Assembly: GCA_018436095.1 (NCBI GenBank)
Contig: JAHDMJ010000018.1
Location: 258,434 to 322,433 of the forward strand
Length of the DNA stretch: 64,000 nt
Direction of reading: 5' to 3'
Source of the DNA: Clostridia bacterium
Lineage (GTDB): Bacteria; Bacillota; Peptococcia; DRI-13; UBA5745
Shown here: piece after piece, positions 55,372 through 63,480 of the stretch
Layout of the letters: each line of letters opens with the position of its first letter
Numbering within the stretch: position 1 is the first letter of the stretch
Notes under the pieces: model-generated
What the model saw: only the letters and a program-made list of their open reading frames with translations
What the model was told of the DNA's origin: nothing
Database searches by the model: none
Position numbers and translations under genes: made by a program

Positions 55372-57423
55372 CTACAGATATCGTGCAATAATTTGAACCA
55401 GCCGGCCAGGGAGCTCTTTGAGGTCAGTGATATCCAGTGTGTTTTCATTTCCGTAAATATCGCTGATGATCTCCTTATCCTGTCCGATAGCGGCAGCGAG
55501 AAAGACAACGCCCTTGCGGCGGTATTCTTGCAAGGCCTTTTTCATGTCTCGGGCGGCTAAATCACCTGTATAGTCCGGCATGGCTTTAGGTTGTCCATCA
55601 CTGATGCTGATGAACAGCTTTGTTTTTTGCGGCGCCGCTAATAGACGGTCGGCAATGATTCTGATTGCCATGCCGTCCCGGTTGTTGCTTCGGCCCTGAA
55701 TGCCGATCAGAGAATATTTTTCATCGGGGTCATCGCTGTCAAAATCCACATAGGAGTAAAGTGACATTTGCTCCAACCGTGAACGGTCAGCGGTATCGCC
55801 ATAAATCATTATCGGAATACCGCAGCCATCGCAGAATTCATACAGGGCAATGGCCGCCTGTTTTGCGGCGTCTAACCGGCCCAAGGCCGACATGGATGCT
55901 GATTCGTCTATGCGGAGGGCTACGGCAAGGGAGGGGTCTTCCTCCGGCGGGCGCTTTCTTGCAAAGTATCGGAAATCCTGCATGGCAACACGGTTTGCAC
56001 AAAAAGTTGTACCGTATAATTGTGCCGCCGCAGATTCACTGGCAGTTTCATATTCCAAAAAAGGCGTGGTTTTCCGAATCAACTGGCTAATCACAGGCAT
56101 TAGGGCAGAGGCTTGTTTCCTATATTCAACCCTATTTTCGTCAGTAGCCTCAGGACGATGAATGATCAGTTTTATTTGCTGATGGATAGTTCCTTTCACG
56201 CTTTCCCGGGCTTCCTGATTGAGTCTTTTACGGAACTCCTGTTTTTGCTGCCCGGCATGACTCCCCGGCTCCATTTCATGATAAAGGGGAACCCCGTCCT
56301 CGCCATTATCACTGCTTTCTGTTTTCACCGTTGCATTATTGGAAGTTTGATCGGAATGCCCCTCGCTATCCGGGGATTTGCGCAAACGCACTGCATTCGG
56401 ATTCATTGGTATTTCTTCGCCGCTTCTCAAGTATTCGCCATCCTGGGATAAATGCAATTCCATCACATCGGGATTTTGACTTTCCTGTTTATGTGCTTGC
56501 GTTTCTTCCCATTGTTCCAGCTGCTCCAATAGGCCCTTTGCAGATAAAGCCTGTTCTAAAATGGAGAGCTCCTCCGGGTCGGTAGTGATTTTATAAATCA
56601 CCTTGTGGTACATGGATGCGCAAAGCGAAACTCCGCTTGCAACGGCATCAACCCAAAACAAGTAGGAACGCATTCCCGCCACGCCTTTAATGGCATTGGC
56701 TTTGGCTGTTTCGTCCAGCGTGATAGCCGTATCCGCCAAAAGCGACAATATTGGTTCATAGGAATAACCTGTTTTAGCGGCGGCTCTCTCCATCATAACC
56801 GCTTTGGGCGGCAAATCCATTCTTTCAGCATGGTGGATCCGGTCCCGCAGGGCTTCGTTGAGCGGCCGGACTCCATTATACCCCCTATTGGTTGTAATAA
56901 CAGCAATAAAATCAGGATGGCGGTGAACGATACGGGTGGGGAGGTTAATACTGCCATCGGGCTCAAGGGCGGAGTTCAGCGCCATCAGCACCGCGGCATC
57001 CCGTATTACGGTAGGTTCCTGTATTTCCAACAGCCAGCCGTTTTCGTAAGCGCGGACAATTTCAGAAGGATAGAATTGATAGCTTACGCCTTCTGCATCA
57101 TGCTTATCCTCCGGCAAAACCGGCAAGATAGAGCCAAGAATATCGGTTTTATCCATATCCGCAAAACAGGTGACTTTTGTATAAGGCAACCCAAAGTCCG
57201 CCGAGAGCGCCTTTGCAAGCTGAGTTTTTCCCGAACCCGCATCTCCCTCCAACAAAATATTTGTTATTTTCATTTCTCCGCTGTGCCAATTTCGCTTAAC
57301 CTCAGCACAAATTCGATGCTCCGTTTCGCTTTCAATATGAGATAGCGGCTTTTTCCAAACAAGTTTTTTTTCAGCTTCTGTCAGTTGCCTGTGCGGGGAC
57401 AGAAGCATTTGATTTTTTTCCAT
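55372..57423 (-). CDS. Fused AAA+ (AAA_5, MoxR/NorQ/CbbQ-like) ATPase and vWA (NorD/CobT-like) protein
   Basis: Walker A GDAGSGKTQLAKAL, a Walker B region WLLEIQEP, and sensor/arginine RPLNEALRDR. C-terminal vWA with MIDAS RIDESASMS ... ISDGQP. ATG at 57423 follows AAGGAGAA. Confidence 0.75.
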   Translation of the reverse strand: MEKNQMLLSPHRQLTEAEKKLVWKKPLSHIESETEHRICAEVKRNWHSGEMKITNILLEGDAGSGKTQLAKALSADFGLPYTKVTCFADMDKTDILGSILPVLPEDKHDAEGVSYQFYPSEIVRAYENGWLLEIQEPTVIRDAAVLMALNSALEPDGSINLPTRIVHRHPDFIAVITTNRGYNGVRPLNEALRDRIHHAERMDLPPKAVMMERAAAKTGYSYEPILSLLADTAITLDETAKANAIKGVAGMRSYLFWVDAVASGVSLCASMYHKVIYKITTDPEELSILEQALSAKGLLEQLEQWEETQAHKQESQNPDVMELHLSQDGEYLRSGEEIPMNPNAVRLRKSPDSEGHSDQTSNNATVKTESSDNGEDGVPLYHEMEPGSHAGQQKQEFRKRLNQEARESVKGTIHQQIKLIIHRPEATDENRVEYRKQASALMPVISQLIRKTTPFLEYETASESAAAQLYGTTFCANRVAMQDFRYFARKRPPEEDPSLAVALRIDESASMSALGRLDAAKQAAIALYEFCDGCGIPIMIYGDTADRSRLEQMSLYSYVDFDSDDPDEKYSLIGIQGRSNNRDGMAIRIIADRLLAAPQKTKLFISISDGQPKAMPDYTGDLAARDMKKALQEYRRKGVVFLAAAIGQDKEIISDIYGNENTLDITDLKELPGRLVQIIARYL

Positions 57424-57763
57424 GCCAAATTCTCCTTGCATTACTGTTTGACTCTAAGCACTGCATCAACAGCTTCTCTAATTCCTCAGTGTGATCGGCC
57501 TTTGGATCTTCGTATTTTAAAATCTGTATCACTGATAATTGGAAATTATTTTCGTGATACAGATTCCAAAGCTCCTGCAACCTCTTATTAGGATGCCAGT
57601 TTGCCATCAATTTAAAGCGGTTGCTGTTAAAATCCGCTTTTGTATCTTTAGAAATGTCTAAAAAGGTTTCTTTAGTTATAACACAGCAAAAAGAGATAAT
57701 ACCCATCTCAGGTTTCCTGTTTTCATATTCCTTAATAAGCTGTTTTTTTCTTTTTAGGTCCAT
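57371..57763 (-). CDS. Small GIY-YIG(LuxR-like subgroup)-related protein with degenerate catalytic residues
   Basis: KEYENRKPEMGIISF...ETFLDIS...NSNRFKL...LQELWNLY..NFQLSVIQIL is collinear with KEYKE.K..MGVY.I.N...GK.FIGSS.N...R.NRH.F.L.....N..LQ.DWN.YG...F.FEILE. Its 3' end overlaps the next gene by 53 nt. Confidence 0.55.
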   Translation of the reverse strand: MDLKRKKQLIKEYENRKPEMGIISFCCVITKETFLDISKDTKADFNSNRFKLMANWHPNKRLQELWNLYHENNFQLSVIQILKYEDPKADHTEELEKLLMQCLESNSNARRIWHGKKSNASVPAQATDRS

Positions 57764-57870
57764 AGGATCACCTCCTATTTATTTTAACTGTCATACCCAC
57801 GATAAACAATCCACGCTCCGTAGATATGCCTGATCTGCCTATTGACTTAAAGTTAACAGGATTTGCTGCT

Positions 57871-57936
57871 AATAGAAAAACCACGCCGTGCATATCCGCA
57901 GTACAAATTGTACCGAGCTGCCCATGGCGTGGCTTT
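57871..57936 (-). terminator. Terminator after the SDR gene (end of the DUF1858-DUF438-SDR operon)
   Basis: Minus strand AAAGCCACGCC ... GGCGTGGTTTTTCTATT. The long loop contains the perfect palindrome GTACAAATTGTAC. Confidence 0.6.
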
Positions 57937-57965
57937 CTTGTATATCGGGTTTAGAGTGTATTTCT

Positions 57966-58733
57966 TTAAATAGCTGTCCAGCCCCCGTCAATGGTCAGAA
58001 GCTGGCCGGTGGTATAGCTGGAGGCATCGGAGGCAAAGTAGAGGATAGCGCCGTCCAATTCACCGCTGCGGCCCGCCCGTTTCATGGGGCAGTAGGCATC
58101 CAGCACTTGCTGGAATTCGGGATTGTCTACAAAGGAATCAGTCATTTCGGAAGGGAAATAACCGGGGCCGATGGCATTGACCGTAATGTTGTATTTGGCC
58201 CATTCATTGGCCAGGTCTTTCGTCAGCATGACCACGCCGCCTTTGGAGGTGCAGTAAGCGCTAAGTTGAAATATAGGCATGGCAACGGAGCTATGAATGG
58301 AGCCTACATTGATGATTTTACCGTATTGACGGGCGATCATGCCTTTGGCAAATTCCCGGCTGCAATAGTAAACGCTATTGAGGTTAACATCCATTACATA
58401 TTTCCAATCCTCGTCAGTTTGGTCTTCGGCGGGTACCGATACGCTGGAGCCGGCATTGTTCACTAAAATATCTACTTTGCCAAAAGCGCCCTCAATGTGG
58501 GCAACAGCCTTCTTAATTTCTTCGGTCTTCGTCACATCACAGGGAATGGCAAGGCAGCGTACACCGATTTTTTCAATTTCACTTTTGACGGCAGCCAGCT
58601 TTTCTGCTCTTCTGGCCAGCAAGGCCACATCTGCACTCTGACGGGCCAGGGCTTTGGCAAACTCCACGCCAAGGCCGGAAGAAGCCCCTGTAACTACTGC
58701 GGATTTTCCTGTTAAATCGAATAAGTTCATCAT
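57966..58733 (-). CDS. SDR-family oxidoreductase
   Basis: TGASSGLG cofactor motif, NNAG, catalytic YCTSK. Confidence 0.9.
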   Translation of the reverse strand: MMNLFDLTGKSAVVTGASSGLGVEFAKALARQSADVALLARRAEKLAAVKSEIEKIGVRCLAIPCDVTKTEEIKKAVAHIEGAFGKVDILVNNAGSSVSVPAEDQTDEDWKYVMDVNLNSVYYCSREFAKGMIARQYGKIINVGSIHSSVAMPIFQLSAYCTSKGGVVMLTKDLANEWAKYNITVNAIGPGYFPSEMTDSFVDNPEFQQVLDAYCPMKRAGRSGELDGAILYFASDASSYTTGQLLTIDGGWTAI

Positions 58734-58756
58734 GGTCTCCTTTGGTTTAAGAATTC

Positions 58757-59983
58757 TTATTTTCCTTGGTTCTCATCGGTAACCAGCCGTTTTTCTCCCT
58801 GGATATCTTGAATGGGCCGGATATTCTGAGTTACTTCCAAAACGCCCAGATACTCGCCGGCTTCGCTGCGCAGTGCGAAGTAACGGATCAGAATATATTT
58901 ATCCCCCATTTTAATCCAGAAATCCTCTTGATCTTTGCGCCCTGCCTTGAAATCCTCCACCAGCTTTTCTACGATATGGACGCTGGCCGGCGGATGACAG
59001 TTGGATACTTTGCGGCCGATGATGGCTTTAGTGCGGGGGAAAATCCGCTCGGCGTTTTGGGAAAAATATTTCACCGTGTCGTCTTTATCCACAAAGGTGA
59101 TATCAATGGGCAGGGTATCCAGCAGCCGGGTCAGCTCTTCCGCCTTCAGCATACCGGTAGGCAGGGTGATCATACCCGGGGCCGGCGATTGCTGCTGCTC
59201 CTGACGCACTGCTTGAGCCTCCTTGTCTGAGGCCGGCTGCCAGAGGGGCACATCATCAATCAGGCAATAGCCCAGTTCGGGACTCTCGTCAGCAATGATT
59301 TTCCATTCATCCTGGGTCAGGTTTTCCAACAGCATTGGCAGCATGATGTTTTCTTCTTTGAAAATCATGTCCGTGATTTTGGTTAAGAGGGTTTCCAATT
59401 GCTGCGGCAGCCCCTCAATATCTCCGTTTTCCAGCTTGGCTCTGACAGCTTTTAGCTCTTGGCGGATCTCATCGTCCACACCCCACATGACTTTAGGCGG
59501 AGCGGTGATGCCGTACTGCTCCATGTAAGGGAAGAAGAGATTTTCTTTCTTTGTGTAATGGCGGTCAATTTCTCCCAGCCTTACCACTTCGTCTTTTAAT
59601 GCTTGCGCTTCATTGGGATTAGCAGCCAGGACCAGCTTACCCCGGATTTTTTCCACCTGTTTTTCAATGGCCCGGTTTTCCGCTTTTAAGGTATGGGCCG
59701 GATGACCGGGAATATGGGAAGGATCCGAGGGGCGGTGAATCTCGGCAATAGAGCCCTTGAATACTGCGGCATGAACGTCGCAGAGGCGCTGGACTTCGGC
59801 CACGGGCAAGCCGCCTTCAATGAGAGCCTGCTCCGCCTGGGCAATTTCCTCGGCGGATACGTTGCCGAAAACAGAGGCAAACTTTTCTTTTACTTCATCC
59901 GCACTTTTGCCGTCATGGAGCTCTTTGATCAGTTCGGCTAAAACCTGTTGGCGGTATTCTCTATTGTTGATTTCCGCGGTCAT
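58757..59983 (-). CDS. DUF438 / hemerythrin-like / PAS domain protein
   Basis: N-terminal DUF438-type LIKELHDGKSADEVKEKF...EIAQAEQALIEGG, a His-rich helical middle, and a C-terminal PAS-like ITFVDKDDTVKYFS...NCHPP. Confidence 0.8.
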   Translation of the reverse strand: MTAEINNREYRQQVLAELIKELHDGKSADEVKEKFASVFGNVSAEEIAQAEQALIEGGLPVAEVQRLCDVHAAVFKGSIAEIHRPSDPSHIPGHPAHTLKAENRAIEKQVEKIRGKLVLAANPNEAQALKDEVVRLGEIDRHYTKKENLFFPYMEQYGITAPPKVMWGVDDEIRQELKAVRAKLENGDIEGLPQQLETLLTKITDMIFKEENIMLPMLLENLTQDEWKIIADESPELGYCLIDDVPLWQPASDKEAQAVRQEQQQSPAPGMITLPTGMLKAEELTRLLDTLPIDITFVDKDDTVKYFSQNAERIFPRTKAIIGRKVSNCHPPASVHIVEKLVEDFKAGRKDQEDFWIKMGDKYILIRYFALRSEAGEYLGVLEVTQNIRPIQDIQGEKRLVTDENQGK

Positions 59984-60219
59984 TTAATCTCCTCCTTCAC
60001 GATGTAGCCTGCCTCTTCAAACCGGCTTTTGATCATTGCCAGATCCAGCTTTTTCATAGCGGCGCCTTTGGGAATAGTCATAAACCGGCCCGCCGTTGCC
60101 AGCATACCGGGCTTGGTAATCTCCGTAAATCCGGCGGCGGCTAATAAAGGAAGGATACCCGGATCAGCAGTGCATAATTCATGGACGGTCCGGTTAAGAT
60201 CAAGTATTTTATCGGCCAT
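59980..60219 (-). CDS. DUF1858 domain protein
   Basis: About 79 aa, LDLNRTVHELCTADPGILPLLAAAGF. The usual partner directly upstream of DUF438 genes; overlaps it by 4 nt. ATG at 60219 follows GAGGTGG. Confidence 0.7.
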   Translation of the reverse strand: MADKILDLNRTVHELCTADPGILPLLAAAGFTEITKPGMLATAGRFMTIPKGAAMKKLDLAMIKSRFEEAGYIVKEEIK

Positions 60220-60246
60220 GTGGACCACCTCTTTCTACCACCTCTT

Positions 60247-60300
60247 GTTAGCTAAGGCTAACTATAGGAAAAGTATACCATAATAATCAGTATTGGTCAA
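60247..60300 (-). promoter_or_regulatory. Promoter (TTGACC-17-TATACT) plus a third copy of the GTTAGC-N4-GCTAAC operator, upstream of DUF1858-DUF438-SDR
   Basis: Minus strand: -35 at 60295-60300, -10 at 60272-60277, operator GTTAGCCTTAGCTAAC at 60247-60262. Confidence 0.7.
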
Positions 60301-60324
60301 TACCCTATAGGAAAAGTAGGGAAT

Positions 60325-60585
60325 GATCCTGAGAAAGAAGCCCTTCTGCAGCAGGCTATTGCTGAGCTTACTCAGGGCAAAACCATCATCATGATCGCCC
60401 ACCGGCTTAAGACAGTACGGAATGCTGACCAGATTTTGGTGCTGGATCAGGGGAAAATCATCCAGCGGGGCTCTCACCGGGAGCTGATGCAGGCGGGAGG
60501 CCTCTACGCCGACTTTTATCCGTATGCGGGAAAAGCCCATCGGCTGGAAGCTGGGGGGACGGACCGCCTGATTTGTACTTCTTGA
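60325..60585 (+). pseudogene. 3' remnant of an ABC exporter ATPase gene (last ~86 codons only)
   Basis: Translates to [65 protein letters not shown], which covers the post-Walker-B/H-loop end of an MsbA-type protein. No Walker A, signature or TM region lies upstream. Confidence 0.7.
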
Positions 60586-60642
60586 TAATAGGGGGCTGCT
60601 GCAAATTGATAGGCTCCTACAATTCCATTTCCAACAGGCCGC

Positions 60643-60683
60643 AAAAAAGCGGGGTGTGGTTTGTGGCCACACTCCGCTTTTTC
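60643..60683. terminator. Bidirectional terminator after the ABC gene remnant
   Basis: AAAAAAGCGGGGTGTGG / CCACACTCCGCTTTTT. Confidence 0.7.
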
Positions 60684-60836
60684 ATGGCATTTAGATAAGG
60701 ATCAAATGGAAAAGCGGAAATTTGCAGGGTAGTGACTGCCTCCATGAATTGGTCGGCTTTTTGCTTATCTAAATAACATGGTCCCTCGGAACCACGGTTT
60801 TTTTGTAGCCCCGGTGGCGATTATTTTTTGAGTGTT

Positions 60837-61574
60837 TTATTTTCCAGCGTAACTTTCAGCCGCAAAACAAATATAGTAGCTCAAACCAGTCTGCTGTTTT
60901 TCAAGCATTTGACGATGGAACTCATCAGTCATTAAGAATTTCGATTGAGCGGCAAAACTTTGGGCATCAATTTTCATATCGCGCTGCAAAAACTGAATAT
61001 GCTTGTCGATGACAGAATGAACTTCATTTGCATTGACACTAACACCGTTTCTAAGCGCATTTGACATGAAAGTTATGAAGTCTGAGGCTTCGTTTGCCTT
61101 TTCATTCATAGCGTCTGCATCAATCGTACCCATATCAATGGAATAGCTATAGTTTTCATGCAAATACTCGTTCTGTGGCTTCAATGCAACTTCCCATTCT
61201 TGCTTGTTTAGACCTGCAAACATCTTTTCTTTACTCATAGCAGCTCCTTTCTCCGCATAGGTGATAGCTTCTTCAAGCGTATGCAAAATGCGGCTAATCC
61301 TCTGTTGGCGCGCCATCAACAAAGTTTTTTGCTCGCATAAGCACCGCAAGCGGGAAGGCTCGTTCTGCATGGCAGTCTTGATTTTTCCCAGTGAGAAATC
61401 AAGTTCACGGTAAAATAGGATTTGCTGAAGCTGTTCAAGCTCCTTGTCACCATAGTACCTATATCCATTTTCTGCAATACTTTCCGGCATAAGCAATCCA
61501 ATCTTCTGATAATGATATAAAGTTTTGATTGTCACGCCGGAGAGTTTTGCGACTTCGTGCACCGTATATGACAT
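60837..61574 (-). CDS. MerR-family regulator with TipAS-like effector domain
   Basis: YTVHEVAKLSGVTIKTLYHYQKIGLL..ENGYRYYG N-terminus. C-terminal antibiotic-recognition-like domain ending GLSYYICFAAESY. Confidence 0.85.
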   Translation of the reverse strand: MSYTVHEVAKLSGVTIKTLYHYQKIGLLMPESIAENGYRYYGDKELEQLQQILFYRELDFSLGKIKTAMQNEPSRLRCLCEQKTLLMARQQRISRILHTLEEAITYAEKGAAMSKEKMFAGLNKQEWEVALKPQNEYLHENYSYSIDMGTIDADAMNEKANEASDFITFMSNALRNGVSVNANEVHSVIDKHIQFLQRDMKIDAQSFAAQSKFLMTDEFHRQMLEKQQTGLSYYICFAAESYAGK

Positions 61575-61596
61575 GCAATTTCACCTCCCGAATGTA

Positions 61597-61627
61597 ACTA
61601 TAAGGTCTGACCTGAGGTTGGAGTCAA
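61597..61627 (-). promoter_or_regulatory. MerR-type promoter with 19-bp spacer and internal palindrome
   Basis: Minus strand reads TTGACT-ccaACCTCAGGTcagacct-TATAGT. The 19-nt spacer contains the palindrome ACCT-C-AGGT. Lies directly upstream of the merR-like gene. Confidence 0.65.
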
Positions 61628-61689
61628 GTGCTTTTTCAAAATACTGCGATTTAATCGCTTGCAGCTCTCCAGATTAATGTAAAGGAAGC

Positions 61690-61718
61690 TTGACAAAAGA
61701 CGATGGAACGAATACAAT
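61690..61718 (+). promoter_or_regulatory. Sigma-70-type promoter TTGACA-17-TACAAT of the XRE/membrane-protein pair
   Basis: TTGACA at 61690-61695 and TACAAT at 61713-61718. Confidence 0.6.
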
Positions 61719-61755
61719 AAATGTAAAGGAAACTTGTCAAAAGAGAAGGCGGTAG

Positions 61756-61965
61756 ATGGTGAAGAATAGAGTTGAGGAATTGAGAAAGGCACGGAAATTG
61801 AGCCAAGACGAGTTTGCGAAAGCAATAAGAGTGTCAAGGCAAACTGTTAGCTCTATTGAAACGGGAAAATATAATCCGTCTTTAGAGCTGGCCTTTGCCA
61901 TTTCAGACTTTTTTGGGATGTCTATTGAAGAAATTTTTATCAATGAAGGGAGTGCTGTAAAATGA
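61756..61965 (+). CDS. Small XRE-family HTH regulator (YozG-like)
   Basis: RVEELRKARKLSQDEFAKAIRVSRQTVSSIETGKYNPSLELAFAISDFF. Confidence 0.85.
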   Translation: MVKNRVEELRKARKLSQDEFAKAIRVSRQTVSSIETGKYNPSLELAFAISDFFGMSIEEIFINEGSAVK

Positions 61966-62405
61966 AAAAAAATATGCTTATAGCTGGGCTTGTATACGTC
62001 CTTATTGGTATTGGATTTTTGCTCTGTGGGATTTTTCTGGACACAAAATTAAATAGTCTGTTTTGGGGATTTGCCGGTGGCGGAATTGCTCCCGGTCTCA
62101 CAATGATTTACAGATATTTTTACTGGACGCGCCCCCAAAACACTACAAAATATGCAGAAAAAATGGAGGAAGAAAAAATCAATCTGCATGATGAGCGTAA
62201 AGAAAAGTTTAGAAACCTATCAGGCCGGTATGCTTATTTATTAGGGCTAATTACTATTTGTATTTCCATTGTTGTCTTTTCAGTATTATCTTCCTTAGGA
62301 ATTATGCAAAATGCGAAAATCTTGATTTTATATTTAGGTGCCTACGCGGCTTTTCAGTATATCGCAGGGATACTTATATTCAGGCATCTTGATAAGAAAT
62401 ATTAA
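61962..62405 (+). CDS. Four-TM membrane protein coupled to the XRE regulator
   Basis: Start overlaps the regulator stop (ATGA). Two TM pairs are separated by a charged loop, the common small-XRE plus membrane-protein pairing. Confidence 0.6.
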   Translation: MKKNMLIAGLVYVLIGIGFLLCGIFLDTKLNSLFWGFAGGGIAPGLTMIYRYFYWTRPQNTTKYAEKMEEEKINLHDERKEKFRNLSGRYAYLLGLITICISIVVFSVLSSLGIMQNAKILILYLGAYAAFQYIAGILIFRHLDKKY

Positions 62406-62457
62406 ATCAAGGAACTGCTATGCGATACCGATATTCTTAACAACAAATGTAAAACCG

Positions 62458-62667
62458 TTATTTATCCGAAAATTCCAAAGTGACAACTTGAACCAAATCC
62501 AGGTCTTTAAACTTAGCCGGTTCAAAAAAATCTTGCAAGGCGTAAGATCTCATCGCTGTCCCGCTATCATATATCATGAGAGCAACGGGTATTTCCCTGT
62601 TAATTTCAATACTCTGAAATTCCTGCAAAAAACCTTTTACTGATGCAATTACTTCGCTATCAAGCAA
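62458..62667 (-). CDS. Small hypothetical ORF downstream of fic (start uncertain)
   Basis: Only a TTG start is available. The frame is open right back to the fic stop codon and is in the same frame as fic. No family recognised. Confidence 0.3.
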   Translation of the reverse strand: MLDSEVIASVKGFLQEFQSIEINREIPVALMIYDSGTAMRSYALQDFFEPAKFKDLDLVQVVTLEFSDK

Positions 62668-62729
62668 AACTTCATCCGTTTTATAACCGCCGAGAATGAT
62701 TTTCTCATGGGATATATACCTTTCTGCCC

Positions 62730-63347
62730 TTATTTATTCTTACCAAGATCCTCCGCCTTATATAAGTTATAACCCTCATAATGGTAGCTGGCGTCAATAC
62801 CTTTTATGTAGACTTCCCTGTCGTCTATTTTATCCGTCAGCGCATTTTTGAGCAGAACCTTAATTTCAACATCTTTTATAGGGCTTCGCTCCATGGCCAG
62901 AATATAATCTTCTTTATCCACCTTGCTCCAGTCAACAACCTGCTTAATTTCTTTCTTTAAAATTGCATCAAGCCATATTCTGGCGCTGCGGCCGTTGCCT
63001 TCCCGGAAGGGATGAGCCACATTCATTTCAACGTACTTTTCAATAATCTCATCAAATGTTCTCTGTGGCATCCGGGCAACATTCTGGAGTGCCGTCTCTA
63101 AATACATGACGGGAGTAAAGCGAAAATTACCTTTCGCTATATTGACGTCACGTATTTTTCCTGCAAAGGCATAGATTTCATCAAAAAGGAATTCATGAAT
63201 TTTTGCTAATTCTTCAAAGGTACCGGTTCCAAAGGTATCTAATAAACCGGTTTCAAATAATTCCAAAGCCTTTGCTTTGCTGAGCTTTTCTTCAGTACGG
63301 GCAAGTTCGGCAGAAGTGGTTATGCCTAATTTATTTTCTAATACCAT
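62730..63347 (-). CDS. fic: Fic-domain protein, class III type (C-terminal inhibitory motif)
   Basis: Active-site HPFREGNGRSARIW and C-terminal SYHYEG, matching the (S/T)xxxE(G/N) inhibitory helix. 205 aa. Confidence 0.9.
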   Translation of the reverse strand: MVLENKLGITTSAELARTEEKLSKAKALELFETGLLDTFGTGTFEELAKIHEFLFDEIYAFAGKIRDVNIAKGNFRFTPVMYLETALQNVARMPQRTFDEIIEKYVEMNVAHPFREGNGRSARIWLDAILKKEIKQVVDWSKVDKEDYILAMERSPIKDVEIKVLLKNALTDKIDDREVYIKGIDASYHYEGYNLYKAEDLGKNK

Positions 63348-63480
63348 GGCTTGCTCCTTTCACAGTATCATCCAGTCTTATTATTTCCATTTTACTATAT
63401 AAACTTAACTCTGTCATTTTTCCCTGCCGCTGCCCCGACCCTGCCGATTTTCATCCAAGCAAAAGTAAGCCCGAGTTTAA

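Noticed and set aside
55126-57591. Multiple + strand ORFs (60-246 aa) across the AAA-vWA and GIY-YIG-like genes
   Set aside because: They are antisense to a continuous 683-aa gene with Walker A and MIDAS motifs, and none shows a motif or an RBS.
57371-57763. Active GIY-YIG nuclease acting as a defence effector with the AAA-vWA protein
   Set aside because: The fold-level collinearity is good, but the GIY Tyr, the conserved Arg and the catalytic Glu positions read I, K and Q. A nuclease role is not supported and it is reported only as a degenerate domain.
60262-60672. 136-aa minus-strand ORF
   Set aside because: It is antisense to the clearly recognisable ABC ATPase remnant, spans a terminator hairpin and the DUF1858 promoter, and has no family features.
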